A stretch of DNA of 64,000 nucleotides, taken from assembly GCA_964016885.1 (NCBI GenBank), contig OZ024743.1, positions 182,528,001 through 182,592,000 on the forward strand, given 5' to 3'. A program made the translations under genes and the position numbers. The DNA is from Eledone cirrhosa (taxonomy: Eukaryota). Under the pieces are notes generated by a model, which had not been told where the DNA came from, searched no databases, and worked only from the letters and a program-made list of their open reading frames with translations. Below, in pieces: positions 37,947 to 50,849 of this stretch (the stretch's first letter is position 1; every line of letters starts with the position of its first letter).

Positions 37947-39289
37947 CTACAATAAAACAATATTAAATTAATTATAACAATACTTTATTATGACCATACA
38001 GTTTAAAGTTATATATAGAATTGTTAGTATGTTGATGCCACAATAAACGCACCTAGTCCACCCTGTAAAGTGGCAGTTCATGTACCATAAAAGACACACC
38101 CAGTAGAAGCTATAGGAAAGTGGTTGGCATTAGGAAGGGCATCCATCCATAGAAACTATGTTAAATATGGAATGTAAGAAATAAAACTGATTACTACGAC
38201 GTAACTGGTCTCTGACTATGACAACAACTCCAATGGATGCCAGTGTGGAAAAGGGAGATATGATGGTGATGATGTTAGACATGATATATGTATATATATG
38301 TATATAAATAAATACCACCCAAAAAAAAAATCATTGTTTCCTATTTGGATAAATTATATTTTGAGTAAATTACTAAACATTGAACAAATATGCTGTAAGA
38401 GTCCATTTAATATATTTTCACGTGAAGAGAAAAATTCACCAGGCATAACACACACACAGTACAACAGTGTAACTATAACTAAACACACTACACATTGAAT
38501 TTGACATCTGCTTTTATGTATGTATGTGTATGTATGTGTGTGCGTGCGTATGTATGTGTGTGCGTGTGTATGTATTATAAGTATGTATGTGTATGTATAT
38601 GTGAGTATGTATGTGTGTGTGTGTGTGTGTGTAGTTGTGTAATTAAATGTTGATTAATTGGTAGTTGTGTTTATACCAGTCCAATCAATAAACAATGATG
38701 TAAGTAGGAGATAGAAAATTACATAATGAGAATTATGGAAATCTAGCTTCGTATTCATTAGCTTTGCCTTTCATCTTTACAGGATCGATAAAGTACCAGT
38801 AATGCACTGGGGTCGATTTCGTCGACTTTCCCCCTTCCCCAAAATTGTTGGCTTTGTACCTAAATCAGAAACCTTTATTATTGCTTTTCCTTTCATCCTT
38901 ATGGGGGTCAATAAAATAAAGTACCAGTAATGCACTGGGGTTGATTTAATCGACTTTTCCCTCCTCCAAAATTGTTGGCTTTGTGCCTAAATCAGAAAAC
39001 ATATATATTTTCTGATGGTTAAGCTTGTATCATCTCAACAGCAGATGAAGAACTTAGTATAGAGTACTAAGTTGAATAAGGGTCTTACCAATCTTAACCA
39101 ATAATATTCCATGTGTGTGTGTAAAAAAAGTGTTCAAAAATTTAAATATTTTTTAAACAGAAATATGAACTTTACAAATAACCTCAAATTATGTTCTATG
39201 TTATTGTCTCTAAAGATATTATTATGAGCTCTAGAAACTAAATACAATATGGACATTATATAAATAGATAAGATAGAAACAGATACATG

Positions 39290-39470
39290 ATGATATGTAT
39301 ATGTATATATATATATATGTATATATATATATGTATATGTATATATGTATATGTATATATATATATGTATATATATATATGTATATATATATGTATATAT
39401 ATATGTATATGTATATATATATGTATATGTATATATATGTATATATATGTATATGTATATATATATATCT
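39290..39470. repeat. (TA)n/(TATG)-type microsatellite (similar TA/TG/GA tracts at 18342-18369, 18754-18843, 23428-23479, 25592-25650, 26594-26655, 44314-44343, 53366-53401)
   Basis: Direct inspection. Confidence 0.9.
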
Positions 39471-39471
39471 A

Positions 39472-39641
39472 TCATCATCATCATCATCATCATCATCATC
39501 GTTTAACGTCCGTGTTCCATGCTTGCATGGGTTTGGACGGGAGTTTTCCCACTTGAGGCAAGAGTGGTTGTCTTGCTCGCATAGGACTGTCTGGCGGGTT
39601 TTCTACAGTTGGATGCCCTTCCTAACACCAACCACATTTAC
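39472..39641 (-). mobile_element. Family C repeat = truncated RTE-B 3' UTR (other copies 1-38, 8001-8045, 15707-15930, 40093-40275, 43298-43520, 44965-45121, 48440-48600)
   Basis: Nearly identical to 52223-52380. Confidence 0.82.
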
Positions 39642-39711
39642 ATATATATATTAATATATATATATGTATGTATATATATATATGTATATTTATATATATA
39701 TATGTATGTAT

Positions 39712-40046
39712 GGAGGCACATGGCTTAGTGGTTAGAGCATTGGCCTTGCAATCGAAAGGTTGTGAGTTCAATTCTCAGACCGGGTGATGTGTTGTTTCCT
39801 TGAGCAAGACACTTTATTTCACATTGCTCCAGTTTACTCAGCTGTAGAAATGAGATGATAAGGACTGAGGTCCCTATCATTCCACTGCAAAGTGGTTGTG
39901 GAGGTGCCACGGCAAAAAAGCACCCAGCACTCACTGTAAATGAGGTTGGTGTTAGGAAGGGCATCCAGCTGTAGAAATCAAGCCAGCATCAGTTCCCATC
40001 CCACCCTTGCAAGCAGGGAAAAGTGGACTTAAAATGAAATGATGAT
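39712..40046 (+). mobile_element. SINE family A copy
   Basis: Full length, near-identical to the other copies. Confidence 0.88.
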
Positions 40047-43000
40047 ATATATATATATATATATATGTATATGTATATATATATGTATGTATATACATAT
40101 ATATATGCATATAGTCCACACTGTAAATGTGGTTGGTGTTAGGAACGGCATCCAGCCGTAGAAAACCCGCCAGACAGTCCTATACGAGCAAGACAACCAA
40201 TCTTGCCTCAAGTGGGAAAACTCCCGTCCAAACCCATGCAAGCGTGGAAGAAGGACGTTAAACTATGATGATGATAGAAACAGATACATCTCTCTTCCAC
40301 ACCATCACTAATCTTATAACAACATTATTTTTTGTTTATCCTTTGTTTACAACTACTTGTTCCACTGCTATCTCTATCTACACCTTATATACACATGTCT
40401 ACACTGCTATCTATCTACACCTTATATACACACAACTGTACTGAAGTAGACAGAGAGGGAGTTATAACATGTTTAACTATGGGGACAGAGGTACTAAAGT
40501 AAAGCGGCGGGGTTATAACATGTTTAACTATGGGGACGGAGGTACTGAAGTAGAGAGATAAATATAAACATTTTAAAACAGTTTTGTATTGAAGAAACTA
40601 GGGCAGTTACAGACAGTTTGGAAAGAGGCAAAGAGGATGTCCCTAGATGAACTGGCAGCAATCAATAGAGACATGAAAACCATCAGCAAAAGTTGGAAGG
40701 ATGTATTGATAGATGCAACTGGCTGTGGTCATTGGAGCACTTTGGCTGTCTCATGTGTCTCAAGACATGGGATATATTGATAGATGTAACTGACTGGTCA
40801 TTGGAGCACTTTGACTACCTTATGTGTCTCAAGATGTACATTCAGACTGGGAATACAAACAAGGTACATTATCAACTTGGCTAATTACTGTATATACTTG
40901 TATATGAGCTGAGAAATATATGATACAAAAAAAAAAAAAGACTTATTTGCGGTCAATATTTTGCCAACTTCAAAATTCTACATAAATGAGAAGCTAAAAT
41001 ATTTTCACTTTCAGGGTGAATATTATACTGGTTTCATTTTGGAGATGAAATTTGTATTTCCTATTTTTTTTCAACATATTTTGAATGAATATGGCTTTAA
41101 AATGGTAGGAAATTTGTAAAAAATACTTACATAATGGAGTTGTAAAACAAAAACTATACTCTAAACAACACTTAAAACATTTTAAATATCAAAATATTAA
41201 AACTTCATAAATATATTCTCCACTCAGGAGAATTTCAAAACTGCACCATCTAAACATTACCTCCCTCAGCTTATAAACGAGATTTGGATTTTTACGCATG
41301 TCTCAGATATAAAATAATTGTCAACTTATATTCAAGTATATACGGTATCATGTGACAGGCTCGAAAATAACAGCCAAATCACACCCTAAAGTCTTTAGAA
41401 AAAAAAAAAACCCAAAAGAAATCCATGTAGTCGAAGGGAGTTGAAGATCTAGACATCAATAATGAGTGATGAGAAGAGTGGCTAGAGAAAGAGAATAATG
41501 TGTTGATTACCTGCCTCAGCTTATAAATGGGGTTTGGAGTTTTACCTATTTCTCTGACAGAAAATAGAGGACCAGCTTATATTTGGATTGGCTTATATAG
41601 TAAATCTCAAGACACTTTATAAAAATTAAAAACACAAACATGCCCAAGTAAATCAATAGAATGACTATAATCCCTGGGACTAATATATTTAACACTCATC
41701 CTTTACATTAGACTTAGTCGGTGTAATCTATATAATGGTTTTCAACAACAAAAACAAAAACTGACAACTAAAACAGATTATTGAAATGGGTCTAAGTGAA
41801 AAACCAAGACTGCAATTAGCTAATTAGTCCACACCAATTAGATAGCTGAATAACAAATGAGAAATAAATATTATAAGATGATAATATTTAGCTACTTTAC
41901 AGCTTTCCTCACTTCCCAGTTTTTCTTTATCTTTTTTTTAAATATTTATTTTACCTCCTGCTGGTCTTCCCTATTTCATTTTATATGGTTTTATTTTTAT
42001 ATTCCCTTATCTCTGTATATCTTGTTTTTTGTTTATCAACTGCAAGAAGTACTAGATACTTCTAGTCTGTCATGGCTTACTAGCTCTATACAGACGTTTG
42101 AATTGATTAAATAATAGCAATTAAATATTGAGATAGGATGAAACATCAGAAGCTACATTAACTCAGTGAATGCTAGTCAACATAACAGAATAAACAAGCA
42201 ATCTGTTTTGTTCAGCTAAGATATTATTTAATAGAATCATTCATCTATGACTTAATATAAACAATATAAAATCTATATTTACACAAGAGATACCAAAACC
42301 AGCGAATTAGAATCAGTTTTGTAACCAACGGTTCTTTGGCAAAGATACTCTATTTTTTTTATCTGAATCAACAAGATCCCTCATTTGCTTACTGAGTGCA
42401 GTGGAACTCGTCAGATGAGACCAAGGAAACAATGTTTCCATTGGTCTTTCCAATTGCTGATGCTATCTACTGGTTGTAACTCCTGGTAGATACTCCACTT
42501 TTAATGGCACAGGTGATAGGAAGGGCATCCTGCCATAGAAAGTTTGTTCAAACAAAAGGTTGGGAGGACCCTTCAGTTGTGTGAAGGACATAACGACCTC
42601 CCTAGTGTTGGTAATCTACACAAACACACCCAGTACGCACACACACACCGTAATATAAAAACTCCAATTTTCCTGTTTCCACTAAGCTTTAAGTATACTT
42701 CAAGTTAAACTATTCCAATATTCTTTCCCTGGGTTACATTGAAATATAAACAGAAATCTATAAATACTGTGATATAAACTAATAAAGTTTACTTCTAACT
42801 GCTTTACAGCAGCCCTTGCTTCATTTTTCTTTACCTTTCTTTTAACCCTTTTATGACCACATTTCTAATGAAATACACTATTTTAATTAATTAATGAAGA
42901 ATTTCGAAGGATTTACTTAAATTATTAATTATTTCATTACTAAGATAGTAACTTAATTAAAAGTTCTTAAATAAAATTATGTTGGAGGATTTTAATTTAA

Positions 43001-43838
43001 ATTGGAAACTTTTAAATGTGTGATTTTATTTCATAGAACCAGAGCTGGTTTAAATAGGGAAGGCCAACTGGAGGCAAAATACCAACTAAAGAGTTTAATA
43101 TTTTGCACCCCGAGGTTAGCGTGAGGAAGGGCATCCAGCTGTAGAAACCAAGCGAGAATCAACCCTGTATGAGCATTACAAGGCCACCTGACCTAGCATG
43201 GCCCACAACAGAACTAACCCATGCTAGCGTAAAAATATATGTAAAACGATGGTGATGATAATATATGTATATACACACAAATATATATATATATATGTTG
43301 GTACCACAAAACATCCAGCCTACATTGTAAAGTGACTGTAGGTGTCACGACAAAAAGCACCCAGCCCACACTGTAAATGTGGTTGGAGTTAGGAAGGGCA
43401 TCCAGCCAGAAACAGTCCTATATGAGCAAGACAGTCACCCGACCCAACTTGCCTCTAAATGGGACAAACCCGCCTAACCCATGCTAGCTGGAAGATGGAT
43501 GTTAAATGACGATGATGATGGCCTTCCATATTTAAATATTTTATTTTATTTTATTTTTTAATTGATGTTTTGTTTTATTAATATTCACATATCTCTGTAT
43601 ATCTTGTTTTTATCGTTTCTCAACTGTAAGAAGTACTTAATACTTCTCCTAAGCATAAAAAAAAAGAAAAAGATAATTTTTCATCATCAAAGAAAAATTT
43701 TAACCAAGAGTTTAGCCTAAACTGTTTTTTTCATTTTTTTTTTTTTTGCTTTGAACGAAAAAAGGAAATGAAGACTGAATAACCTGGATATATTGCCAAA
43801 GTTGTTAAGTAAATGTTCAAGGCTAAAAAGCTTTAGAG

Positions 43839-43872
<34 letters not shown>

Positions 43873-44309
43873 CATTTACAATGCAAGTGTTCAACAAACA
43901 TTAAACAACAGTAGAGAAAAAGATTAACATTTCTTCTGCAAAAATAGCAGATTTTCATTATTATCTAACAGTGAGCTGAGCTGTAATCTGGGTTAACATA
44001 TTGACTTTTCACAAGAAACAAAACAGAACCATCAATGTTGTAGCAGAAGAGAGAAAAAGTGTTCAAAGAGTAGAAATCTTTACATTATCACCATCATGGT
44101 TTAATGTCCATTTTCCACACTAGACAAGTTGTTCCGCTGTGAGACATGTCAGAGCAGGTGATCATGTCTTGTTCATACAGAACTGTTTCTATAGCTGGTT
44201 GCCCTTCCTAACACCAATCACATTTAAAGCATGAACTGGATGCTTTTTATTGTGTCACCAGTACAACCACCTTTCAAAATGGACTAGGTGTTTTTTGTCA
44301 TATCAACAA

Positions 44310-44352
<43 letters not shown>

Positions 44353-44469
44353 TACATTCACACATATATATATATACACATATATACGACAATTGCCACT
44401 TCTTTACAGAAGAGGGCCACTCTCCAACATTGTGCTGCATTCTCATGTGCCACTTGAGTCCAGCAAAAG

Positions 44470-44945
44470 ACCTACAGGATTTGTTGCAAAACTAACACAA
44501 ATATCTTGCAGGTCTTTGAAAAGGGACACCAATATAATCGACCTCAGACTGCTGATTGCTGTGAACTCTTAAATGACTAGCAAGCCGAGCATGAGAATGA
44601 ACAACCTTTCCGCAGATATTACAGACATGATCCGACTGGATATCTCCCGGGACTGAGTCTACATCACCTTTTCTGAGTGCTCTTTTAAAAACCAAATCAT
44701 CCTTCTGACCTTAAAACAATCACAACCACCATAAACAAGACTTCTCCAAAACGCAGATATACAACAACATCACAATTCTGAAATGTATACATGAGAGTCA
44801 CGACAAAGAAGATAGAGAACAGAGTTGATGCTGGGGTGTCCCCTTGCCTAACTCCATTGTCGATGGATATGGGTTCAGACAGAAATATTGAAGTTAAGCC
44901 TCCCTTTCATACCTCAATGCAACTGTTTGAACAATCATGCGATAT
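44470..44945 (-). mobile_element. Degenerate RTE/BovB-like LINE fragment with a C-terminal C2H2 finger
   Basis: NGVRQGDTPASTLFSIFF RT remnant and HVCNICGKVVHSHARLASHLRVH. Confidence 0.6.
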
Positions 44946-45386
44946 CCAGAGTAGGAGTCATGATAAAAAGCACTCAGTTAATGTGGTTGGCGTTAGGAAG
45001 GGCATCCAGCCGTAGAAACCAAACCAGAAACAGTTCTGAGCAAGACACTGTCACCTGATCCAACTTGCCTCAAATGGGACAACCTGTCTATCACATGCTA
45101 GCGTGGAAAATGGACGTTAAACCCAAAACCACATGGTTGTGAAGTGAGTTTTTAAACCACACACATACGAGTAAACACATTTTCAATAAACGATAGTCTT
45201 ACTGCAATAATAGCTAAACACCAATAATTGCACACAATCTCCTCAAGTATATCCATTGTTCAATATCTATTTACAAATGTTTGTATAATGTTGTTAGTAA
45301 ATTATTCAATTGCTTTTCTCTTCAAACAATGAAGACACGGTAATGAAAAGGAGTGAGGTAGCAGGGAGAAAATAAACATGTCTTAC

Positions 45387-45500
45387 CAGCCTGAAGTGTA
45401 TAGGTCTCTCATAATATTTGTTATATAGTGATTTCATTTCTTCATAAGTTACAAACTGAATAACACCATGTGAAACCCCAAAGACTCCTGGTATGAAACC
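45387..45500 (-). CDS. SLC25A32: SLC25A32-like coding exon: GFIPGVFGVSHGVIQFVTYEEMKSLYNKYYERPIHFRL
   Basis: ttctag/GTAAGA; 114 nt, phase 0/0; matches human [20 protein letters not shown]. Confidence 0.95.
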
Positions 45501-45514
45501 CTAGAAAAATGATA

Positions 45515-45740
45515 TTAAAAAACAGTAAAATAACTTGCAGTTGATATAAAAAAAAAAAAAAAGGTCAAACAATTTGTAGTTGAAATTAAAAACAAACAGC
45601 AAAACAGCTTACAGTTCATATATATAAAAACAACTTACAGTTGCTATAAAAACAGCTTATAGTTGATATTTAAAAAAAACAGTAAAACAGCTTACAGCTG
45701 ATATAAAAAACAGCAAAACAGCTTACAGTTGATATAAAAT
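45515..45740. repeat. Degenerate ~22-35-bp tandem array next to an exon acceptor
   Basis: aaacagcttacagttgatataaaa repeated ~7 times. Confidence 0.75.
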
Positions 45741-47320
45741 ATAATCAAATCAGGTGAAGTTTGCGCAAGCATTAAACTTTAACATTTTTAAAATCCAAAA
45801 TAAATCAAACAGCCACCCATCACATTTCTCAGGTTTCTCTCTGAGGTCCCCACCCCCTACAAACTCCCCTTGATAATGGATGATAAATCCGAAAATATTT
45901 AGGGATCATTAAAAATTGCTAGGGTAAGTTCCTATCATCCTCACTCTTTTACTTCACTATATTCTTTTCTTATTGCCTTGATATTTTTACCAAACACACA
46001 TTGTCTGGCTTCCAAATAACCAAACATATTCCTTAGTCATATTTGTATCTTAAATAATTACATACACAGCTTTACACGTTATGGTAACACACTTAGGATG
46101 TTTGTTGTTTCACTTTTTTCCTTTAAATTTCTAATAAGTTGTTATACAAGAGCTGAACAATCAGAGTGGAACTTATAACTAAGATACACACTAGCAAGCA
46201 GTGTTTTAAATAATGGTTTCTGATATAGGCCTGAGGTCAATAATGTTTGGGGAAGAGAAAGTCTATTAAATTGACACCAGTGCGTTGCTGATACTTTATT
46301 TTATTGACCCCATAAGGATGAAAGGCAAAGCCAACCTCAGCAGGATATGAACTCTGAACATAAAGAGCCGTAACTATGCCGTAAAGCATGTTGTCCGACG
46401 CTCTACCAATTACTGCCAGGTTTGTAATAATCATGATACATTTGCTATAGTATCTTAATGAATGGCTGTCCTTTAGCTTGCTTTGGTTATCAGGCACATC
46501 ATCATCAGTAGCATTATCATTTAATAAATATTTTCCCTGCAATGAAGGTTTGGACAGGGAGTCACAGACAAGTCAATACTCAAGCGGAACTACCAACCTT
46601 TCTGAGCTCCTACATCTCGCAAACATTCCTGTGCTCAAACCAGCACAAGCATTTTCTTCAAAGCCAACTCCACTAGCCAACACTTCCGTTACCATGGGGT
46701 GTATGACCATCTCCCACTCCCATCAATTCCTCTCTAAGGTTTGAGCCATGATAAAAATGCACCCAGCCCACTCTTCGTAGTCTGGTGCACGATAAAAAGC
46801 ACCTAGTCTGCAGTGTAAGATGGTAAAAAAGTGTACCCAGTCTACCATGTAAGATGGTAATGCTGGTGCCATGATAAAATGCTCCCAGTACATGGTATAA
46901 AGTAGTTGGCTTTAGAAAGGACATCCATAGAAACCAAACAAGAACAAGATATACATATAAGACATGGAAACCTGACAAGTCTAACCTCAGTATGTAACAC
47001 CCATCTAACTCATGGAAGCACAGAAAATAGACATTACAGAGATGATGATGATGGTGGTGGTGGTGGTGATGATGACAGCCATTGCATTTTTTTACTTGTA
47101 ACAGTCACCTGCAACTAAAGAATACTTCCTACAATTACTATACTCTCTTGCCCTAAAGCCCCCCTCCCTCCCTCCACAGTCCTCTGTGCATCTGTCTGCT
47201 TGGTTGGACTAAGATGTGTAGATGAGTGGTTAGCAATAATAAAGTGTTATATGATTCAATAGTTTCTATGGAAATGTTTCAATTTGTAAACCTAATTCCA
47301 TGTACTAAAACATGTATTAA

Positions 47321-48372
47321 CCCTTTAGCATTCACATTAATTTGTCAAATGTCATGTTTATCTGTTCACATTATTTTCAGTTAATCGTACTCAAGAGGGT
47401 TATCAATTTTATTTGTTAGTAATTTTCTCAATTTTCTATGTGCAGGCTTGAAATTTTGTCAGTAGATGTTTAAATATCAATAATTTACAATTATATAATT
47501 TTACCTTGATTTTTTTGATTAAATTTGACTTTTATGGGCAGGTGAAATTAATTAATAGGGGCATTTGAAGTATCAACTGATTTAATTTTAAATACCTTGT
47601 TTTCGGTATAATACTTGATATATAAGGATCACTAAAACTTATATCAGTGCTCCAGTAATTCCACAGTCTTGGAAATTGTTTTATACCCAACATAATATTT
47701 ACGGTAAAAAATGCTTGCATTTTCGCAGCATCTGTCGGTTGCCATAACAGATCGAGGTTTCCTTGATTTGAAATCTGTTGTTGGCATATCGATTAATCTC
47801 TTCTGCCACAACTTTGAAGAAAGTTTGTGGTAAAAACAAAAAGAAATAATCGGGAGCTAATGTGTGTTGTGGACCAGTATTTTGAATAAAATCGGGAACA
47901 TATATTGGTGTGGTATTTTTCAACCACATTGCTGTAATATTTTCAATGGCACCCTGGAGATCTCCGTTTTCACTTTCAAAACAACAATCATCGTCGGATG
48001 AAATTTCAGAAATGTAAACATCTGATTCATTTGAAGATAAATCACTAATATTATCTTTTGTTTCTTGTTCATTGTGAATGTCGTCGTGTGTAAAACCTTC
48101 AAAGTCGGTATCGCTACTTTCATAAGCCATGTTGATACAAACAAAAAATCTGTTCTACTTTCAACGTTAAAAAAAGACGTGTTGTTTCACTATGTTAAAT
48201 GTTAATTTTCGCAATAAGGGCCTAATCTCGCAGTAATCTCGAATTGATGAGATTTTGATGACGGTATTGTTTATTTTTAGAACAATATTTTAGTGTGGGT
48301 GTTATCGGCCGGTTTCGACCGGTTTGAACAAATGAAGGAGAAATAATTGTGGCCAGTTTGAACACTAAAGGG
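47321..48372 (-). mobile_element. Internally deleted piggyBac element with an N-terminal transposase remnant
   Basis: TTAA at 47317-47320 and 48373-48376; TIRs CCCTTTAG(CA/TG)TTCA; acidic N-terminus, then GP..PDYFFLF..EINRYA and, after a frameshift, MLGIKQFPRLWNYWSTD (PGBD/DDE_Tnp_1_7-like). Confidence 0.88.
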
Positions 48373-48962
48373 TTAAACTAGTTCAACATGAATAGATATA
48401 GATGAGACATATTTTCCAATAATCATCCTTGTTCACTGTGTAAGGTGGCTAGCTGGTGACATGACAAAAAGCACCCAGTCCACCCTGTAAAGTGGTTGTT
48501 TTGGTGTAACGATAAAAAGCACTGAGTTCATGACTTGTCTCAGAAGGGGAAAACTTGTCTAACCCATGCTAACGTGGAAAAATGAGCATTAAATGATGAT
48601 AATGCAAGCCCCCAACAATATTTTATAATGAGCACAGTTGAATTCCATCATATGTGAATGAGAAATATACAGAGTGCACTGATGTCACAGCAACTTGGAA
48701 TTCATTAACTGCTATCACATCTGTTGAGTGGGGAGGGGAATACCTGCTATTGAATATATTTAACATACTAACAAACATCAAAATAATAATCAATACTACA
48801 TACAAATATGTATTGAGAGAGAGAGATATGCAGCATCATTATCATTTAACATCCATTTTTCCTACTAACAAGGGTTGGATGATTTTATTTATTCATGCCA
48901 ACAAAATGTTCATTCTAGAAATCATTTAACCATGAAATGAAGCTAAAACATGGATATTGTCA

Positions 48963-49165
48963 AGTAAACTGAAGCCTATTTATGACACCACAATAATTTC
49001 ACAATATACATTATATGCTCACTAGTCTGTCTTGCTATTATATTTCACAACCATTGTCATCACATCAACCACAATGGTTGTGAAATATAATAGCAAGACA
49101 GACTAGTGAACATATAATGTATGTTGTGAGATTATTGTGGTGTCATAAATAGGCTTCAGTTTACT
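48963..49165. repeat. Near-perfect inverted repeat, 95-bp arms, 13-nt loop
   Basis: 48963-49057 vs 49071-49165 reverse-complementary with 3 mismatches. Confidence 0.95.
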
Positions 49166-50050
49166 GGGAAAACACATCTTGTTCTTATATTCCATATTTG
49201 GCATGGTTTCCACAGTTGAATGCCCATCCACTTTATAGTGTACCAGGTGTGCTTTATCATAGAACCAGCACCACCACTTTCTGAGTTAACTAGGTGTATT
49301 TTATTGAGACAAACACTAAAGAGGCTGTCCCACATGGAACTAACTGTTTCTGGTTCTATGTTATGAAACTGACCATTTTAAAGTATTCATACTCATATTA
49401 AAACATTCTGACTTAATTTTATCAAGGAATTTGTTATTTTCCTAACAAACTTAACCAACTTAATAAAAAAATTATTTTGCTAAATTCCTACAAATTTTTT
49501 TTATTATTTTCAAAATTAATTGAAACAGATAGTATTTCTTTAGAAAAAAGGTTTAAAGAAATATATATTTCTTGTCTTCCTGATTTTCAAACTGCTAAAA
49601 ATACTGTTAGGCAATTATTGACAGGTAACACAAGACTAAAGCAGCAAATTGGCAGAGTCATTGGAATGTCAGATAGAATGATTTGTGGTATTCATTTCAG
49701 CTCTCTGAGTTCAAATCCTGTTGAGTCAACTTTGCCTTTCATCCATTTGAAGTAGATAAAAAAAAGTACCAGTCTAGTACTGGGGTCAATTCTTCCTCTA
49801 TATCTCTTTCTCCCTTCCACCCTCTCACTCTCTATCCTTCTCTGGAAGATCTGCTGTATTCAGACCCGGAGAAGAGATGTGCTCTGGCAGGTTCCAAAAA
49901 TGCCCTAGAAACACTATGTCAATTCAGTGCCCTCAACGACTCCCTTAGTAGTTGCAGGGCCCGACTAATTGGGTCTATTTTTGTCCTTGTTTTACATGCA
50001 GCAGAAAGCTGAGTGGTAAACTGAATAAAATGATGATTTAAATATATTAC

Positions 50051-50208
50051 CTTATAAAAACCCTTCAGACCTTCTTGCTTAAATATTTTCACTAAGGCAT
50101 CACTCAATCCTCTGTAGTATGTTTTTTTATGAATATTTTGCTCATACTGTAAGCATAGCCGTGTCTTTGCAACAAAAACAGGATTGACAACTAGTAAAGA
50201 TAGAACAC
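50051..50208 (-). CDS. SLC25A32: SLC25A32-like coding exon: GVLSLLVVNPVFVAKTRLCLQYEQNIHKKTYYRGLSDALVKIFKQEGLKGFYK
   Basis: ttttcag/GTAATA; carrier repeat-2 signature NPxxVxKTRL and EGxxGxYK; 158 nt. Confidence 0.95.
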
Positions 50209-50479
50209 CTGAAAATAAATAAATAAATTTAAAAAAAAACGAAATTAATAAATTTTACAACTATGGAACATCAAACATGAAATTCTAAAACTCTTGATTT
50301 GACATTAACATATTTACATCTGCCTTACCTTACTTGGATTGAATTAGTAAACATTTTTAGAAGCAGATCTTCTGAAGCCAGATACCATTCTTGACACCAA
50401 CCTATATTTTGTTTTAATTATATTCTATTGGTTATGGTATTGGGCTTATGTCCTGTAATTTAGTGATTTTAGAAAAAGA

Positions 50480-50511
<32 letters not shown>

Positions 50512-50760
50512 GGGTCCCAATAAAATAAACCTCAAACTTCAAAAAGTAAATATTGAGAATGTTATGATTAACTAAATGTAAGCAGTGCTCCAGCATGGCC
50601 AGTCTGATAACTGAAGCTGGTAAAAAAATAAATAGGCTAAAATCTAGAATGCAATGAATGAAAATGGTTTGGGCCCGAATATAGACAAACCTTTACATAT
50701 CTTTCTATGAAAAATATATTCACAAATAAATATAGAAAAACTATATATGAAAATATTTAC

Positions 50761-50849
50761 CTGCTTGACTAGCAGCCAGAATGTGGCTACTAGCACCTAG
50801 AGAAACTCTTTGATCTCCAGCTTGCATCTGTGTTTTGGCATAGTTATAA
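50761..50849 (-). CDS. SLC25A32: SLC25A32-like coding exon: YNYAKTQMQAGDQRVSLGASSHILAASQA(G)
   Basis: tttcag acceptor, GTAAAT donor; 89 nt keeps frame with neighbours; aligns with human YNAIK...LVSAAEAG. Confidence 0.9.

Noticed and set aside
39712-39783. tRNA gene (GCA-containing loop, A/B boxes)
   Set aside because: No acceptor-stem closure; continues into the CORE domain and is repeated in six SINE copies, so it is a SINE head
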